From Gordius albopunctatus (Eukaryota), in NCBI GenBank assembly GCA_964276515.1, contig OZ193909.1:19344001-19408000 (forward strand): a stretch of 64,000 bases of DNA, written 5' to 3'. Shown piece after piece: positions 38,301 through 51,564 of this stretch (position 1 is its first letter; every line of letters begins with the position of its first letter). A model generated the notes under the pieces. The model did no database searches, had not been told where the DNA came from, and was given only the letters and a program-made list of their open reading frames with translations. A program made the translations under genes and the position numbers.

Positions 38301-41300
38301 ACCAAACCTTTAAAAAACGGTTTAAATATTAGAAATAATCCTCTTTTAAACACCAAAATTATATAATTCAAAAATAAAAGAGTGAAAAATTAGTAGTAGG
38401 GAGCGGGATTCGAACCATCGAAGCTGAAGGTATTTTGGAGGCGGTCTGGGGCTCTTTCAGGCTGGGTCTTGAGAGCGGGCCATTCGGTAATTTCCGCTGT
38501 TGAGAGGCATTAGATCGTAAACTAACAAAAGAGCATTCGGATCTCAAAGATTCTTGACTCCCGACTCGACTTAGAGATGAATAAGTCGAGTATTTTCGCT
38601 GTCCTAGTACTCTTTCGGTGGCAAGCCGAGGGCCAGCTGACGCAGGGGTCGACGCTTCCGATTGGTTGGCAAAAACTTGCGTTAACGCTCCGGATTGGCT
38701 AAATTTTCGCGGACCCGCCGAAATTTTACGCACGTTTTTGGCTAGCGTAAAAAGCCCGTAGTTATGTTTGCATTTGAAATACCTGGATGGGATTTGAGAA
38801 AAAAATATATATTTATTTAAAGAAATTTTAAAATTGAATCTCACATTTTAATCAGGCAATAAAAAAATCTAATGCAAAAACGTTAACATATAAATGGTCG
38901 TTTTCTTTTTGAAAATAACCTATGGGCTAGGCAAATTAACCCGCCATATTTTTCAAAAAGCTCAGTAAAAAAATTTATTCGAAAAATCTACAGGTCTTTT
39001 AGATGCTATATCCTCAAATAAAACAAAATTTCATTTGTTGATTAATTAAAAACATTCACTTGTGTTACACGTCCTATCAAGAGACTAGTGAAAAAGAGAT
39101 AACAGGTATTTCGCTGTAATGTCTAAATTTCGCAAAACAAGTAATTAAGTGAGTAAAAATTGAAAAACTACTGAGCAACGTTAAATACAAAACTGAGCGA
39201 GAAATAAATTAATTACTGAGCATTTAAATATTTTAGAGGCACACCAAGTTATTCTTTCCAAAAAAGCTATGCGACGAGCTTAAATTTAAGAAATAAAAAA
39301 TCTTGGACCTTTGGTTTGACTAAACATAAACAAAGGTCTTTACAAGAAGCGAACCTGAAGCCTTTTACGGATCCATCATTTTTCCCAAGGTTTTCATCTA
39401 GTTCAATCCCAGCCCAGATCCCGGGTGAAAATTTGGTTTCGCCCAAAAATTTGAGGAGGCCCGTGCGAGATGGTGCAACGAGGACGCGATCACCTATGGC
39501 TATATCCGGGTCGCCCCCGGCTTGAGAGACCGTTGTGGCCGCGCGGGACGAACAAAGGGAGACCCCGTCGTCGTCATCTAGGGGAAATGTAGATTCATAC
39601 AATACAATTGGAGTAACGTAGGTGCCGCGATATGCGTAACGCCTACGTATGAATGAATGAGCCATAGTCGTAAACAGCTGATTTAAGTAACCTAGGCGCC
39701 GCCATATTGCGTGATATTTTTCAAAGAAAAACGTCTGCGTATGAATGAATGAGCCTTAGTCGTAAACAGCTGATTTAAGTAACCTAGGCGCAGCCACATG
39801 GGCGTAGCCAGCATTGGAATTGGATGAGGGCACAATGATCCTTTTTTTGATAATTTAGCCATAATTTTTATAAATTTCAACAATTTAGTGGAGTTAGATG
39901 GGAACAGGAGCCCCTCCCTAGCTACGCCCGTGCGCAGAAATTTTACACACTGTGTAAACGTCTACACATGAATGAATGAATGAATGAGCCATATAGATCA
40001 ACAGCTGATTTAAGTAACTTAGAGGCCGCCATTTTTAGTAAGGTTTTTCCATTACACGCACTCGTGCGATGAAAAGGTGAAAACATCGTTTAGGAAGGAA
40101 TCGATAAACTAGAGAAGAGAAGGATAAATGAATCAGGCATAGTGGTAAACAGCTGATTAAGTTACTTAGAGGCCGCCACTTGGGTGAAGGTTTTTAACAA
40201 GGATGCAATAAAAAGACGTTTATGAATGAAAGAACCCTAGACTAATAATGCAAAGCAGTGGCACAAACAGCTGATTTTAGTAATAAGGGTGCCGCCATTT
40301 TGGGGGAGATTTTTTCCCATTACGCACATTTGTGCAATGAAGAATTATGAATTTCATTGTGTAAAATCGTTTTTGATTACTAAGAATTATGAAACTCGAG
40401 TGGAAGAAAGAATAATGAAAACGTCAAAGGATAATCTTTCCTTATGTAATTACTTAATAACAATCAGCTGTTCTCTTCAATCTATGAATGAATGAACTAA
40501 TGAGCCCTAATGAATGAATGTATGTATGAAACCTTCTAAGTGGAGCAACTCCGCTAATATTTACCTCAAACATGGCAGCCTACACACCTCACCTAATTAT
40601 TTATCAGCTGTTCCCTTCAGTCTATGAATGAACGAACTAATGAGCCCTAATGAATGAATGAATGAATGAATTTACGAAACCTTCAAAGGGGACCAAGTCC
40701 GAAGATGTTTGTAGTAGGGTTTCATCGTCCCCGTGCGAGAATGCCTTGGTTCTAGAGCATTCGGAAATCTTTCTGAAATGCCCACGGCCCGGCTCGCAAG
40801 TAAATAACCGTTTTCCCTTATAACTTCCGTCATTTAAGGCTTGCCCTCTTCCCCCAACGTTAGTATGAAAGGCCGGGGCTGGAATTTTGTATTCCGCATC
40901 CAAAACTAGGCCCACCCTTAAGCTAGACGCCGTCACTCCAACTTCCCCATAATATTGTATCTGACCATTCATAAACAAAAAAATTCTTAAAATAAAATTT
41001 ATTTATTAGCGTATACGTATCATTCACAGTTATTTAGCGTTTAAAAAACAAATTAAACAAATAAAAAATTTTGTTACAAGGTATTGAAATGACAATTTCA
41101 CGTTTTTTTCGTGGTAGCCTAAAAAATAAGAAGCTAGGTGCGCCACTTAGAAAACGTAATGTCCCATCTGTCCTGGGTGGTGTATGTTTAAGGTATTGGA
41201 TTCAGAGGGGGACAATCATGATAGGGAGGAGCGAAATGATAATTTTTTGCAAATTTTACTCATATAATATGGTATGACATTTGAAGAATTTCTGGACTTA

Positions 41301-41502
41301 AGAGGGGGGTAGCCGGCCCCCCCCCCCGCCACCACCTGGGTACGCCCATGGTTTTAAAATAAAGTCAAAAATTAAAAATTTTTGCAAGTAGTTACCCGTC
41401 CACTGACGGTACCAAGATCGGGATGTTTGAACCAAAGCCTGTCTCCGATCTTTAATTCTGCTTCGGGGGCACGACATTTTTCAACGCTGTTGTCTTTCGC
41501 AA
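29309..41502 (-). CDS. CLIP1: CLIP-170/CLIP-190 (restin)-like CAP-Gly and coiled-coil microtubule plus-end protein, about 20 exons; both termini uncertain
   Basis: CAP-Gly1 LKIGDRL (~41397-41502) + IQYYGEV...LNDGSYKGKRLFTC (~40681-40961). CAP-Gly2 IGDRVLV...LKFLGETKFSPGIWAGIELDENLGKNDGSVKGFR/YFKC (~39355-39578, 38416-38782). CLIP signatures KTEELQFQLEE (~36652-36715) and QFLNSVIVDM (~29610-29640). Many coiled-coil exons lie in 31070-37950; a further 5' exon is likely near 42483-42630. Confidence 0.85.
31420..31525 (-). mobile_element. CRE-clade 3' end fragment
   Basis: Nearly identical to 48755-48820 (gatcttttgcctgata...gagacgtt); encodes SLDFKEYLFIRQKIT. Confidence 0.55.
33014..33324. repeat. 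104-bp tandem repeat, 3 copies
   Basis: tgctcatcaactttaaataagtgtcc starts at 33014, 33118 and 33222; copies are nearly identical. Confidence 0.95.
33570..33705. mobile_element. hAT-type MITE, family TAGAGTTGTTA
   Basis: TIRs tagagttgtta / taacaactcta; perfect 8-bp TSD cattttac. Confidence 0.9.
34020..34932. repeat. Intronic ~140-165-bp tandem repeat, 6 units, making up an entire CLIP intron
   Basis: Recurring aaaaattttggatttttcaatg...gtcctaaaaa; unit boundaries at ~34168, 34332, 34485, 34639 and 34776. Confidence 0.9.
39640..40680. repeat. Degenerate repeats of (GAAT)n plus aacagctgatttaagtaac..ggcgccgccat
   Basis: The motif recurs at ~39672, 39764, 40000, 40148 and 40266, with inverted atcagctgtt copies at ~40463 and 40603. 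Confidence 0.7.
39797..39932. mobile_element. CATGGGCGTAGCC MITE (copy E)
   Basis: catgggcgtagcc ... gctacgcccgtg; TSD cgcagcca / cgcagaaa. Further diverged copies at ~41172-41350, 41937-42055 and 46287-46422. Confidence 0.8.
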
Positions 41503-44083
41503 CTAAATCAATTTTATAAAAAAATTTTTACTTTTTCATTTAACAATGCACTTTAAATATTTATGGGAAAAATGGAAATCATACATTTTAAATCGTAAAA
41601 ACACAAATTTTAAGATATGTAGTTTGTGTGAGAATTATATTTTAAATTAAGCTAGCCATTATAAAAATCTGAATTGGCCACGATGATAGTAGGATGTTCT
41701 TCGAAATATTTGTTATGATATAAATTACAATGGAGATAGAGCAAAATTTAATTTAAAAATCTGGGCTCGACCTTGGGTTGGGACCGATGGGGCAGCCCGA
41801 GACCGGCTCAAATTAAATTCATATTAACTCATCATTTATAAAATAAATATTTTCGTAGAGCATACCTGTCTATATTATTTTTTACAATAAAAATTGCAAA
41901 TTTTATTCTTGTATGGAAATATATCCATGAAACAACCATGGGCTTATCCCTTTAAATCCAAAAATATGTTAAAATTTATTAAAACTATGGGTCTAAAATT
42001 TCAAAAATAATCATTATTGCCCCCCCCTCTGATTCCAATTCTGGATACCCCCACGACAATAACTATTAAAACTTTAAAAATATGGGAAATTAATGGTTCT
42101 CATGGCACATTAAATTCATAAGTCTAATAAATTGTAGCGAGACAAATTGGATGATTCTTTATTTCCAACTTATCCCATCAAATTCATTTTGTATTTATAT
42201 ATATCGGTAATATAATTTTCGAGTGTAAAATTTGCCTATAATTATTGATGTAAAAAAATGGAGCGGTTCGGATCAGGGCAAAAAAAAATTCCCGAATCCG
42301 GTTCGGGCCCAAGGAAATCCATTTGCAGGCAGGGCACTGTGTACAGGAGAATCTAGGCAAGCCATAGATAGTGTGTCCACTTTATCCGCCATATTGAAAT
42401 GTGCAGATTTGAAAGGGTGAAAGGTCGGCGGTTCCAAGTTAGGATAGAGTGGTTAAATTAATGAAAACGAGCGAAAAATTACCGTTTAGGAAAAAATGGT
42501 GCGGGCCCAGGAGGAATGATGCTGGAATTAAAATCCATTCCGGTTGGGGCCGCCTCTGCCTCAAACGGTACAATCGCGTTTGGGTACGAGGCAAAATATG
42601 AGTCCCCTTCCCCAAGTCCCCTTCCAGCTTTGTGACCGGTTGACACCTCATCCACCACAACGAACGAACGAACGAATGAATGAAGTAACAAACCCCAATG
42701 AATGATCGAATCAATGAAAACGTCTCTTCTTTCAAATGTGAAGGAATCGGGAAAATAATAAATTATCTAAACTTAGTTTTTCTTTTGGGACGAAATATAA
42801 TAAATCCCACAAGAATACGGCAACTCCTCTCCTCACCGTTGCTTGCCGAATCAAGGATAGAGGGGTGGTAACATGATATATCCATCGCGGCGCTAAATAC
42901 TTAAAGGTCAGGGGTGGTTGAATCATTGGAAATGCACACACATATCCAAATCAAGGACAAGACAGGGGGACTGATGGCAGGATGGCAGGACGTATTAGCC
43001 TAATTTAAAGTTATATTATTAATTTTGCTAATTTAATTTTAAAAGGATTCGCACTTTGAAAATGGAAGAGTGTTGCTATACCGTTCGTTGTTGCGCGTTA
43101 TTGGAAAACATAATTAATTCATCACTACGCAATTTGTGGGGGCCGCGATTTGGTTGTCCGTCTGTCCAGCTCGTAATTTTTCAATAATTGCCGTGAAAAC
43201 TAATATACGCGTTTTTACTGACTCTGCACTTATGTTTTATATCAAATTATATATATTTTAAAAGAAAAAGAGGAGGTGAATTACGAAATTTTTGCCAACA
43301 TCTTGGGATTCGATCGGTTTTTAATTACAAAAAATTGTAAAATTCTTTGGGTTCGGGTAGGTCGCTTATCCATCGATGCCCATAATTAGTTTTTGGACAA
43401 GAATTTTGCAATAATCTTTAAATAAATACACTTTTCAGGAAGGGGGGGGGGAATCGCCAAAACATAAGTCCTGACCTGAATGATGATTGGGATCAGGACC
43501 ATAGACTGCTCATTTCATGCGCGTGTTGTTTATATGGTAAAATGGAATCTGGTGCAAAATGTAATATGCGCAAAATCGAATAACGTAATATTCGCATTTT
43601 AGAAATAGAGACCGGTTTTCACGCATATTCATACGCATGTGTAATATACGTACTAAAAAACTAGAAGGTAATAAAAGGATACTGTAATTGTTAATTGAAA
43701 CAAAATGAGTTATATCAACAAAATGTATAATACTATTTTATCAATAAATACATATTATCAAATAAATCACTAACCCTAAACCTTGCCTATATTACATTTT
43801 GCACATATTACATTTTGCACAAAAGTGGTAAAATGTGTAGTAGCATTAAATGCAGCACATTCGGAATTTAACCATCTGCCCCACGTCTTTATGCGGTGTG
43901 CCTGGCACCGGAACAGCACAAAGTGGATTTGCAATGTCGAGGAATGATGATGATTTAATAAAATGCGAGAATGACATCACGTCATCGCGCTATTCCCTAT
44001 TTTTCATTTTTTTGGGATTGTGTCAAATAAATAATAAGGTGCATATATTAAAATTTTATGTTTAATTTGCTCAATATTCCTTC

Positions 44084-44290
44084 CATTTCCAATAGCTGTT
44101 TGTCACACTGAGGTGGTCAGCTTCTTTTAGATATTTGGATGAGGGGTGATGCTGCTCGGCTATCCAGCCCTGACAGCCGTGTTGACGATGTGATTTTTAA
44201 TCTTTTTTGAAGTAAGTGCCAGAGGTGGGATTGAACCTGCGAGCTCTTACTTCAAAGACTAATCCTTTACCCACTACGGCATCGCGCCCT
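44084..44290 (-). mobile_element. tRNA-derived SINE with an RTE-like tail
   Basis: Head GGGCGCGATGCCGTAGTGG...CTTTGAA...GGTTCAATCCC (A and B boxes); tail gctgaccacctcagtgtg; 12-bp TSD caatattccttc / cactattccttc with one mismatch. Confidence 0.8.
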
Positions 44291-45932
44291 CACTATTCCT
44301 TCGAAACCTTTTTAAAAACCTTTTAATCTACCAAAATCTCTATAATCTTTATCGGTTGAATTGGCGCGCGTCTAGAAATATTTTGTGAAATAGCACTCCG
44401 AGATTTAAAAATGGCCCGAAAAAGGTGATAAAATAAATATCGTGCGATTGTTTAATTTTGAGTTGGCATGAGCAATCGTTAATTCATAAATTTGTAGTAA
44501 ATATCAATATTCATACTTTTATATAACTACGGTATATAATAATTTAATCTTTTTTTTATAAATATGCCGATTATGGCTTAAAATCCAGGCCCAGGGCCTA
44601 GCCTAACTATTCAAGATATCATAAAAAATATTGTTTAAATATTGGAAATTAAAATTTTATCATTCAAAATTTCAAAATCCCCCCCCCCTTTCACTTCCGC
44701 TCTATTCAATAGTGTTGTAAAAATAACTGGATTTTCTAAGCCCATAACAAAAAGCAGCCATTATTTTTACGAAACTAGTATGCATTAAAAAAAAAAGATA
44801 TATAAAAAAATGAAACTAAAATTACGGAAATTATTGAAATAATGGCATTTATCAATCTGTAATATCACAAAATATACACGTTTTGTTTCGTCAAAAAAAT
44901 TTCCCCATCTCAAGTCACGAACTAAATAAAAAGTAATTAATTTTATTTACAAACAAATAAGTTGTTAAAGTTATAATTAATTTGAAAAAATGATATTTTT
45001 AATTCAAATTTTATATTTTAAGTAAATTTAAAAATTGGGAAAAAAGTAAATTACAAAAATTAAAAGTGAAAATGAAATAAAAATATTAGGTTAAATAATT
45101 ATTATAACATACACAGTCATATAAATCTAATTATTATAAATATATTTAATTAATTAATTATCTATTTATTTATTTTTAAAAATTAAATTTATAAAATAAA
45201 CCTAAAACATGATTTTCTGCTGTAGTATCTTTTAAGGAATTTTCATGAGATGCAATATCAGAAGCCATATTTAATTGTGGTTGGGATGAGTTTCTTCCTA
45301 TTGATGCTGTCTCATTCAAACCAATACGTTTCTAAATCTAATTTTTTGATTTTCGTAAACAAAAACTTTATATATACATCGATTAAAATAAGATCGTTTC
45401 ACAAAACTTTTCAAAACAATTCTAAATGTTTAATTAGAAAGTATTATTCCATTTTAATTCGTTTTACACTGATTGAAAACACGTGAAAATTATTTTTTTT
45501 AAAAATACCTTTTATTACAAAAATTTCATTCCAAAACCATCTAATTACGATATTTCAATATAAAAAAAATATACGAAATATGGAAAAGAACGTAATTTTA
45601 TCTAAGCCTTAGCTTAAATTTTAAAATTTGGCAAGCTTAATTATATCCAAATAAATATATATTTTAAATAAAAAAAAATCAAAATTCCATTTTAAAGTAT
45701 TTGAAAAATGTTTTTTATAGGCAGGTGAAATAGAAACGTATAAAGGAAAACAAGGTGTCAATGAAGATTGGTGTTCCCACTTCCTCCCATTACCTTGGAG
45801 CCATCATATAAAATATTCTTGGCGTGACTTTTTAGTTGCGATCATTAAAGAATAATTATCATCATCATCTTTTGACATTGTAAAGTATAAGTATCATTAT
45901 ACACACACACACTCCAATATCTTATCAACTAT

Positions 45933-46134
45933 TAGAGTTGTTATATCGGTAACTTTCTTCAACTCCAGCTACCACCTGCTCGAGTTTCTGCTCGGCCCTC
46001 GAGCATTTTTATATGCTACTGCTCTGCCTAGTGCACCGAACAGCGAGCACATATGTGCTAACGCGCATATTAAGCAACTCAGTGAGCGTGATCTCGTCTG
46101 AAGTTTGAAGAAAGTTAGCATTTTAACAACTCTA
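45933..46134. mobile_element. TAGAGTTGTTA MITE (second copy, opposite orientation)
   Basis: Same TIRs; perfect 8-bp TSD tcaactat; core nearly identical to 33570-33705. Confidence 0.9.
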
Positions 46135-46212
46135 TCAACTATGGTTGACTGCTAAACTACTCGATAGCAAAAGTTGTAATAGAGAGCTTGTTGGCTTAAA
46201 ATGGATAAATTT

Positions 46213-46858
46213 ATAGGCTGCTCGTCAACTTGAAATGAATACGTATAGATTTTAGGCCATCTTGTTGAAAGAATAAGGGAAGGATGCATGTGGGCATCCA
46301 GCATTGGGATTAGAGGGGGGGCAATATGAATATTTTTTGAAATTTTAGGCACCATAATTTTAGATATAATTTAATCAAATTTTGGGATTTAGCTCCCTGC
46401 CCCCCCCCTGGCAACGTCCAGGTAATTTTGGTTAATTAAAGTGTTTTTAAAACGTGATGCAAAAAAATACTGAACGTGTTAAACAATAAAAACGGCATTC
46501 TTTCAAAATATATCATATCATTCACAAAATACATAAAAATGTTATGGTGTGATGATAAAACAATTTTTTGCCATTGGCAATTCATTAAATAATCATTTAT
46601 TAACATTCTTTTTTATTCATTAAATTATGAGGAAGGCTGCAGAAAGTATTTTTATTTTTTATACATTTTGTAAATGATATGATATATTTTAAAATGATGT
46701 CTTTCAGGTTGAAATAGTTCAAAAAAATTTAGTTCGTTTTGAAAACACTTAAATTAACCAAAATTACTATAATCTCTAGTCCTTCCCTTATTTGTCCACG
46801 TTTCAAAATGGCGACGGACAAATGGAACATTTATTTAAAGTTGATTAACTGTCTATGG
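46213..46858. mobile_element. Long-TIR (foldback-like) non-autonomous DNA transposon containing a CATGG MITE
   Basis: ataggctgctcgtcaact / agttgattaactgtctatgg ends; internal inverted pair gtaattttggttaatt (46422) / aattaaccaaaattac (~46752). Confidence 0.55.
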
Positions 46859-48699
46859 AAACATATGCCATGAGTAGTCTATGTAGTCTAAGAATACAAT
46901 AAATTATATATTAAAAAAATGGACAAAAGTCATTAATAATGACTTAAAATAAAGCTGGAAAACGGCCAACTGGATCGTCATTTTGGGTGAAATTTTTTTC
47001 AGCATATAAACTTGAGCAGTCCAAAATTGTGAAAGTTATGGAAATTATGAATAATAAAAAATTTTAAGGCTTAATTTTCCACCTCCAAATTTGAAATGAA
47101 TGACGTGTAGACTTAATGATTACCAGCTGTTTACCAGTATTTAAATTCTTAATCCATTTTTTGTTGTCAAACTAAATTTTAAAAATAAAGCTTTTCACAT
47201 TGTAGTCTTGCAATTTTTGAATAAAGCAGTGAGAAAGAGTCTTTTGCGATTTATAAAAGAAAAACTTATTTTAAAAAAAACTAATTATTTGTTACCAGAG
47301 TGAATTAGAAATTAATATTATCAAATGATTTTTTCTGTTATTAAATATTAAAAAATAAACTGTATTTTTATAAGGTAAAATTTCATATATATCATATTCA
47401 TATCTATAATTGGGGAACAGTGTAATTAAAGTTTTTTTTGTTAGAGATTTATTCTAAGCAAAACTTTATATACAAATTGGACAAGAACTTTTACAGGAGA
47501 TGGTTTGTAATTAAAAGTAACTTTAAATGTTTCAAACAAAAATTAGTATATTAAAGCTATTATTAATGATAAAGTTTGCTATAATAATAACTAATATAAT
47601 TAAAAATTTTGAAGAATGTTATATATGTAATGGCTTTCTTTTAAAGAAAGTATAGAAAACTAAAAATTCATAAAAAGTTATTGATTTTACTTGCTTACAC
47701 TTTATGTTATCTTAATATAGAAAAATCTTAACATTCTAGATATGTTTTTAACATTTTGCATTAACATAATTTTTATTATTATAATTATTATTTAGAGACA
47801 TGAACAAAATGTAAATAATTTTATATCAATCTTGAATAAAGAGGTGACATCTTGCTTTCTTTTAGTTGTAATCAATGGGCATTTATATATAAAAATCTAA
47901 TACAAAGCTATGACTTTGATTGGTATCCATTTTAGAATACATGCAATTCATAGTTAATATTAACTTATGTTAAATTGGTAGTTACTAATTAATATAAAGA
48001 TGCATAAGAATAGCCAGAGGGAGACAGGAAGAGGCATGTGTCACAGTTCCCACTTAATAAAAAAAAGTCATATATTAATATGAAAAAATTTTTTAACATA
48101 ATTTCTCCCAGGCCAAAAAAAACTTGGCATCCCTCCTAACAAAAACTTGTTTACTCATGGATACATAAATAAAGATATAGATGAGTTCAAATACGATCTA
48201 TATTTTCAAAAAAAAAAAATTAATTAAATCTTACCCTCAACAATTTGTTATTTTAGGCATTCACAGCTGATAATGATACCAGGTAAATCGACATATAGAG
48301 ACGAAATATCGAGAAAGTGGCGATGGTGAAACGTTTAGCACTAGCGCGATTAAAGCCTCCCCCCTAGTCGCTTGGATGCGCTATAAGCTATAGAGTTAGT
48401 CACATAAGGGGCTATAAGCTATAGCACTTAAGCACTTGGAGGCGCTAGAGGAGGCTAGAGACCTGCACGGGCGCCCGAGCCCACCCGAAAAAGGCCGGGC
48501 ACTAAATTTTGAGGTTTTTAAATTCCGGTCCGGGTCTAATTCATAAATTATAGGCCCGACCCGGAATAATTTAGAAGAAGTAGCCTGAGTAGTCTTTTTA
48601 TTCTGTTTAAAACATAATTTTTTTATTATATTTGTTATTATTTGTGCATGATATACTAAAAATTACATTCACGACTAAAATAATATAAAAAACTCACTA

Positions 48700-49100
48700 T
48701 AACTAAATGGATGACAATGATCCGAGTATGGAAATCGTGTTGGATTTAACGATTTCCATTGTGATCTTTTGCCTGATATAAAAGTACTCTTTCAAATCTA
48801 AAGAGACGTTGGCGATCGCTTTTCCAATTTGTTTCAGGATAGCGAGAGCTTCGGCGCTTATAAACTGAGAAAAAGAAAGTGGAAAAATTTAAATACCTCA
48901 GCAAGTTTTTTTTGTACCAGTACCAGCCACGACCCTCGGTAATTTAGGTCCCAAAAGCAGCCAATTCCTTAAACAAACATCAAAATTTATAACCTCCATC
49001 ACACACGACCCCAAAGAATTTTTCTAAATCACGCGGAAAATCACCATGGAAATTGTAAAATCTACTACAATCTCTATCCATGGCTCGATGCCAGCTTATT
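48700..49100. mobile_element. Two CRE-clade 3' ends in opposite orientation
   Basis: Minus strand 48704-48850: LAILKQIGK...YIRQKITMEIVKSNTISILGSL. Plus strand 48860-49100: FVPVPATTLGNLGP...HDPKEFF*ITRKITMEIVKSTTISIHGSMP. Confidence 0.65.
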
Positions 49101-49102
49101 AA

Positions 49103-49984
49103 TCTATATATATAAAGTAAAGTGTATGTATGCATGTGGATAAGGGCTAAATTCTGAAACTAGCGGCCCGATTCGCGCGAAACTTTACCCGTAGGTCTCC
49201 AGGGCGGCCAGGGGTAAAATAGCTTTTGCAGAATCCTAAGATTCCTTTTAGTTTTAAAAAAGGGCTAAATTCTGAAACTACCGTCCCGATTTGCGCGAAA
49301 ATTTAGCCGTAGATACCCAAGGCGGCCAGGGGTAAAGTCTTGCATTTCCTTGATTTTATGCAATTTTCATAGTTTTTTAACTAGTAGTTATAATATATTT
49401 GCTGTTAATTATAGTGATTTTTCATCTTTTAATCTATTTATAAAATATTTATAGTAAAATTAACGATAAATGCGCGTTGTTGTTTGTGTTGTTGCTTATC
49501 TACTCCACTACTACTATTACCAAAACAAAGACACGCACTTAATTCCTATTCTTGAAGAGAAGGGAGGGCTGTAAAAGATAGGGATAGTTAATTTTGTATA
49601 TAATTTAAAAAGTAAATGTGCTAGGATAAAAAAAAATTCTGAACACATTCCTACCCCATATATCTACGAATTAAATCTATTTAAAAAAATTTTAATCGAT
49701 TTATTTGCAAGTTATTGACGTTTGAAAAAGGCTAAAATTGCGTTTTTGGCAACTTTGACAACGAATATTTAAAATACTTGACGTATAGGGAAAAAAACTA
49801 AAAACATATTTGTGTTCACAGTAAAAAAACTCTACCAGAATCTGCAAATAGTTCGCAGGTTCAATTCACAAGTCCATTATTTGTTTACCAGTGTTATTTA
49901 TTATTTGTCTTAGTACGAATATTGGTACAATTGTGTATTTACAGGTCACAAACCCGGAATGGTTAGCCGATATGTGCAACTCGT
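49103..49984 (+). mobile_element. Probable non-autonomous Helitron
   Basis: 5' A|TCTATATATATAAA; internal ~80-bp duplication (aagggctaaattctgaaacta...ggcggccaggggtaaa at 49142 and 49260); 3' degenerate hairpin cccggaatggttagccg followed by caactcg|t (CTAG-like). Confidence 0.5.
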
Positions 49985-49989
49985 TTATA

Positions 49990-50600
49990 ATTCTTGTTAC
50001 TACGATTTTTTATGGATAGCTTGATTTTTCTGTAATTTCCACGCGCCTTATAGCTCCCATTACCTTTCAACAACGGTTTAATCATGTCTGCTCTATATCT
50101 TATGTAAAAGGATTATCGTAACTCCCTCCACCATACTCCCATAGGAATTTCATTGGGTCCAATGGATTTCAGTTTCGCATTTTATTCATTTATATCCAAA
50201 TATAATTCTCTTGAATAAGTGCGATCATATTTATGCTTGAAGGATCTATGCCATTTATAATATTCATAAGTTCCTATAGATATCTTTTCCACCTTACAAC
50301 CAACTCTTTCGGTTTTGATTCTCCTCCTTATGAATACTTTTAGGATCCCGACATCGCAACTTTTCTTCCCCTTCATATTAATTAATTTATACATACATCC
50401 GTTACACACTTTAAAATCCAGATTGTAGGTCCTTTCGTTGAAAGCAGCCTTTTGGCTACTGCAGCGGCCTTTTTCACAGCATCTCTATATACCTGATAAT
50501 CTCCGACTTATCGATATATGTCACCGTTCTTGTAGAATTTTTTTATCTACGCAATTTATAATCGACTGATTCCATCATCCTAGATCCTTATTATATTTAC
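49990..50600 (-). mobile_element. Decayed RTE LINE fragment
   Basis: MYKLINMKGKKSCDVGILK matches LMYKLANIREKKSRDVGVLK of the RTE at 59531. Confidence 0.7.
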
Positions 50601-51564
50601 TTTTCTGTTGTAGAACATGTCTGTAAATCATCTCTAACATTCTGTCGCTACCATAGACTAATACTATAGACTGGCGAACACCTGAAAATTTTGAGGAAGG
50701 GTGTATTCCATCATGTTAGGACATTTAATATGTCAAACAAAGATAATTAATATTCTTTGGACACTGGGAAGTATTTAAAGTCACTAGATTGTAGCTTAAT
50801 CTATAATGTTTTATCAGATTGTGTTGTAGTTGTGGTTAAGCGGTTTAATTTGGTTTGCACACATCACTTAACGTTTGCGCAGACGAACCTACGCAGATGC
50901 GCTTACGCAAATGAGCTAGGACAGACGGCGTGTTCTTGCCAACTAAGGGTGGGAATAATGTTTAAAGTAATAGAGGATGTGAATAAAATGTAATTTTGTT
51001 AGTTATGGGAATAACGGGGCAATGATTAGAAGCAGACGAATATTTAATAGGCATGCTTCATATTAGTGGAGATGTGCAGTACATCGACCTGTCGTAAGGC
51101 ACCCCTCATGCAAATTGAGAAGCACATTGACAGGGTGTATAAGGCTAGTGAATTTATTTTATATATTTTTTCTGTTCTGCCTAGTAACTGCAATTATCTA
51201 CGAAGAACAAACGGACCCCTAACCCGATACATTCATTGGTCCTTATACATTACACGATCTAGCCTATTTTTGCACGGATATTTCCCTCCGCCATCGTCCT
51301 ACATCTATCTTTATATTCTGAATCCTATCGATATTTTATTTAGTTAATTCATAACTCGGATACGCCAATTGTTCATATTTATTTGTTTACCAATAAAATT
51401 AGAACATTATATATGCAAATAAAAAAATCTTCACCCTACCAAAAGCCCTTAACAAAGAAAAAAACATGAGGTATTGAAAAAAATTGAAGACCTACATTAT
51501 AAAGATTTAGAATTGTGTTTATAGCATTTACATAGTCGATTATATAATAAGGTATTAATATTAT

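Noticed and set aside
44215..44290. Functional tRNA-Gln gene (also 51890-51964)
   Set aside because: The acceptor stem does not pair; the heads are attached to SINE/RTE bodies and one copy has a TSD.
45190..45900. Additional 5' exons of the CLIP-like gene
   Set aside because: Splice-like signals exist, but I could not build a phase-consistent open frame to the CAP-Gly exons.
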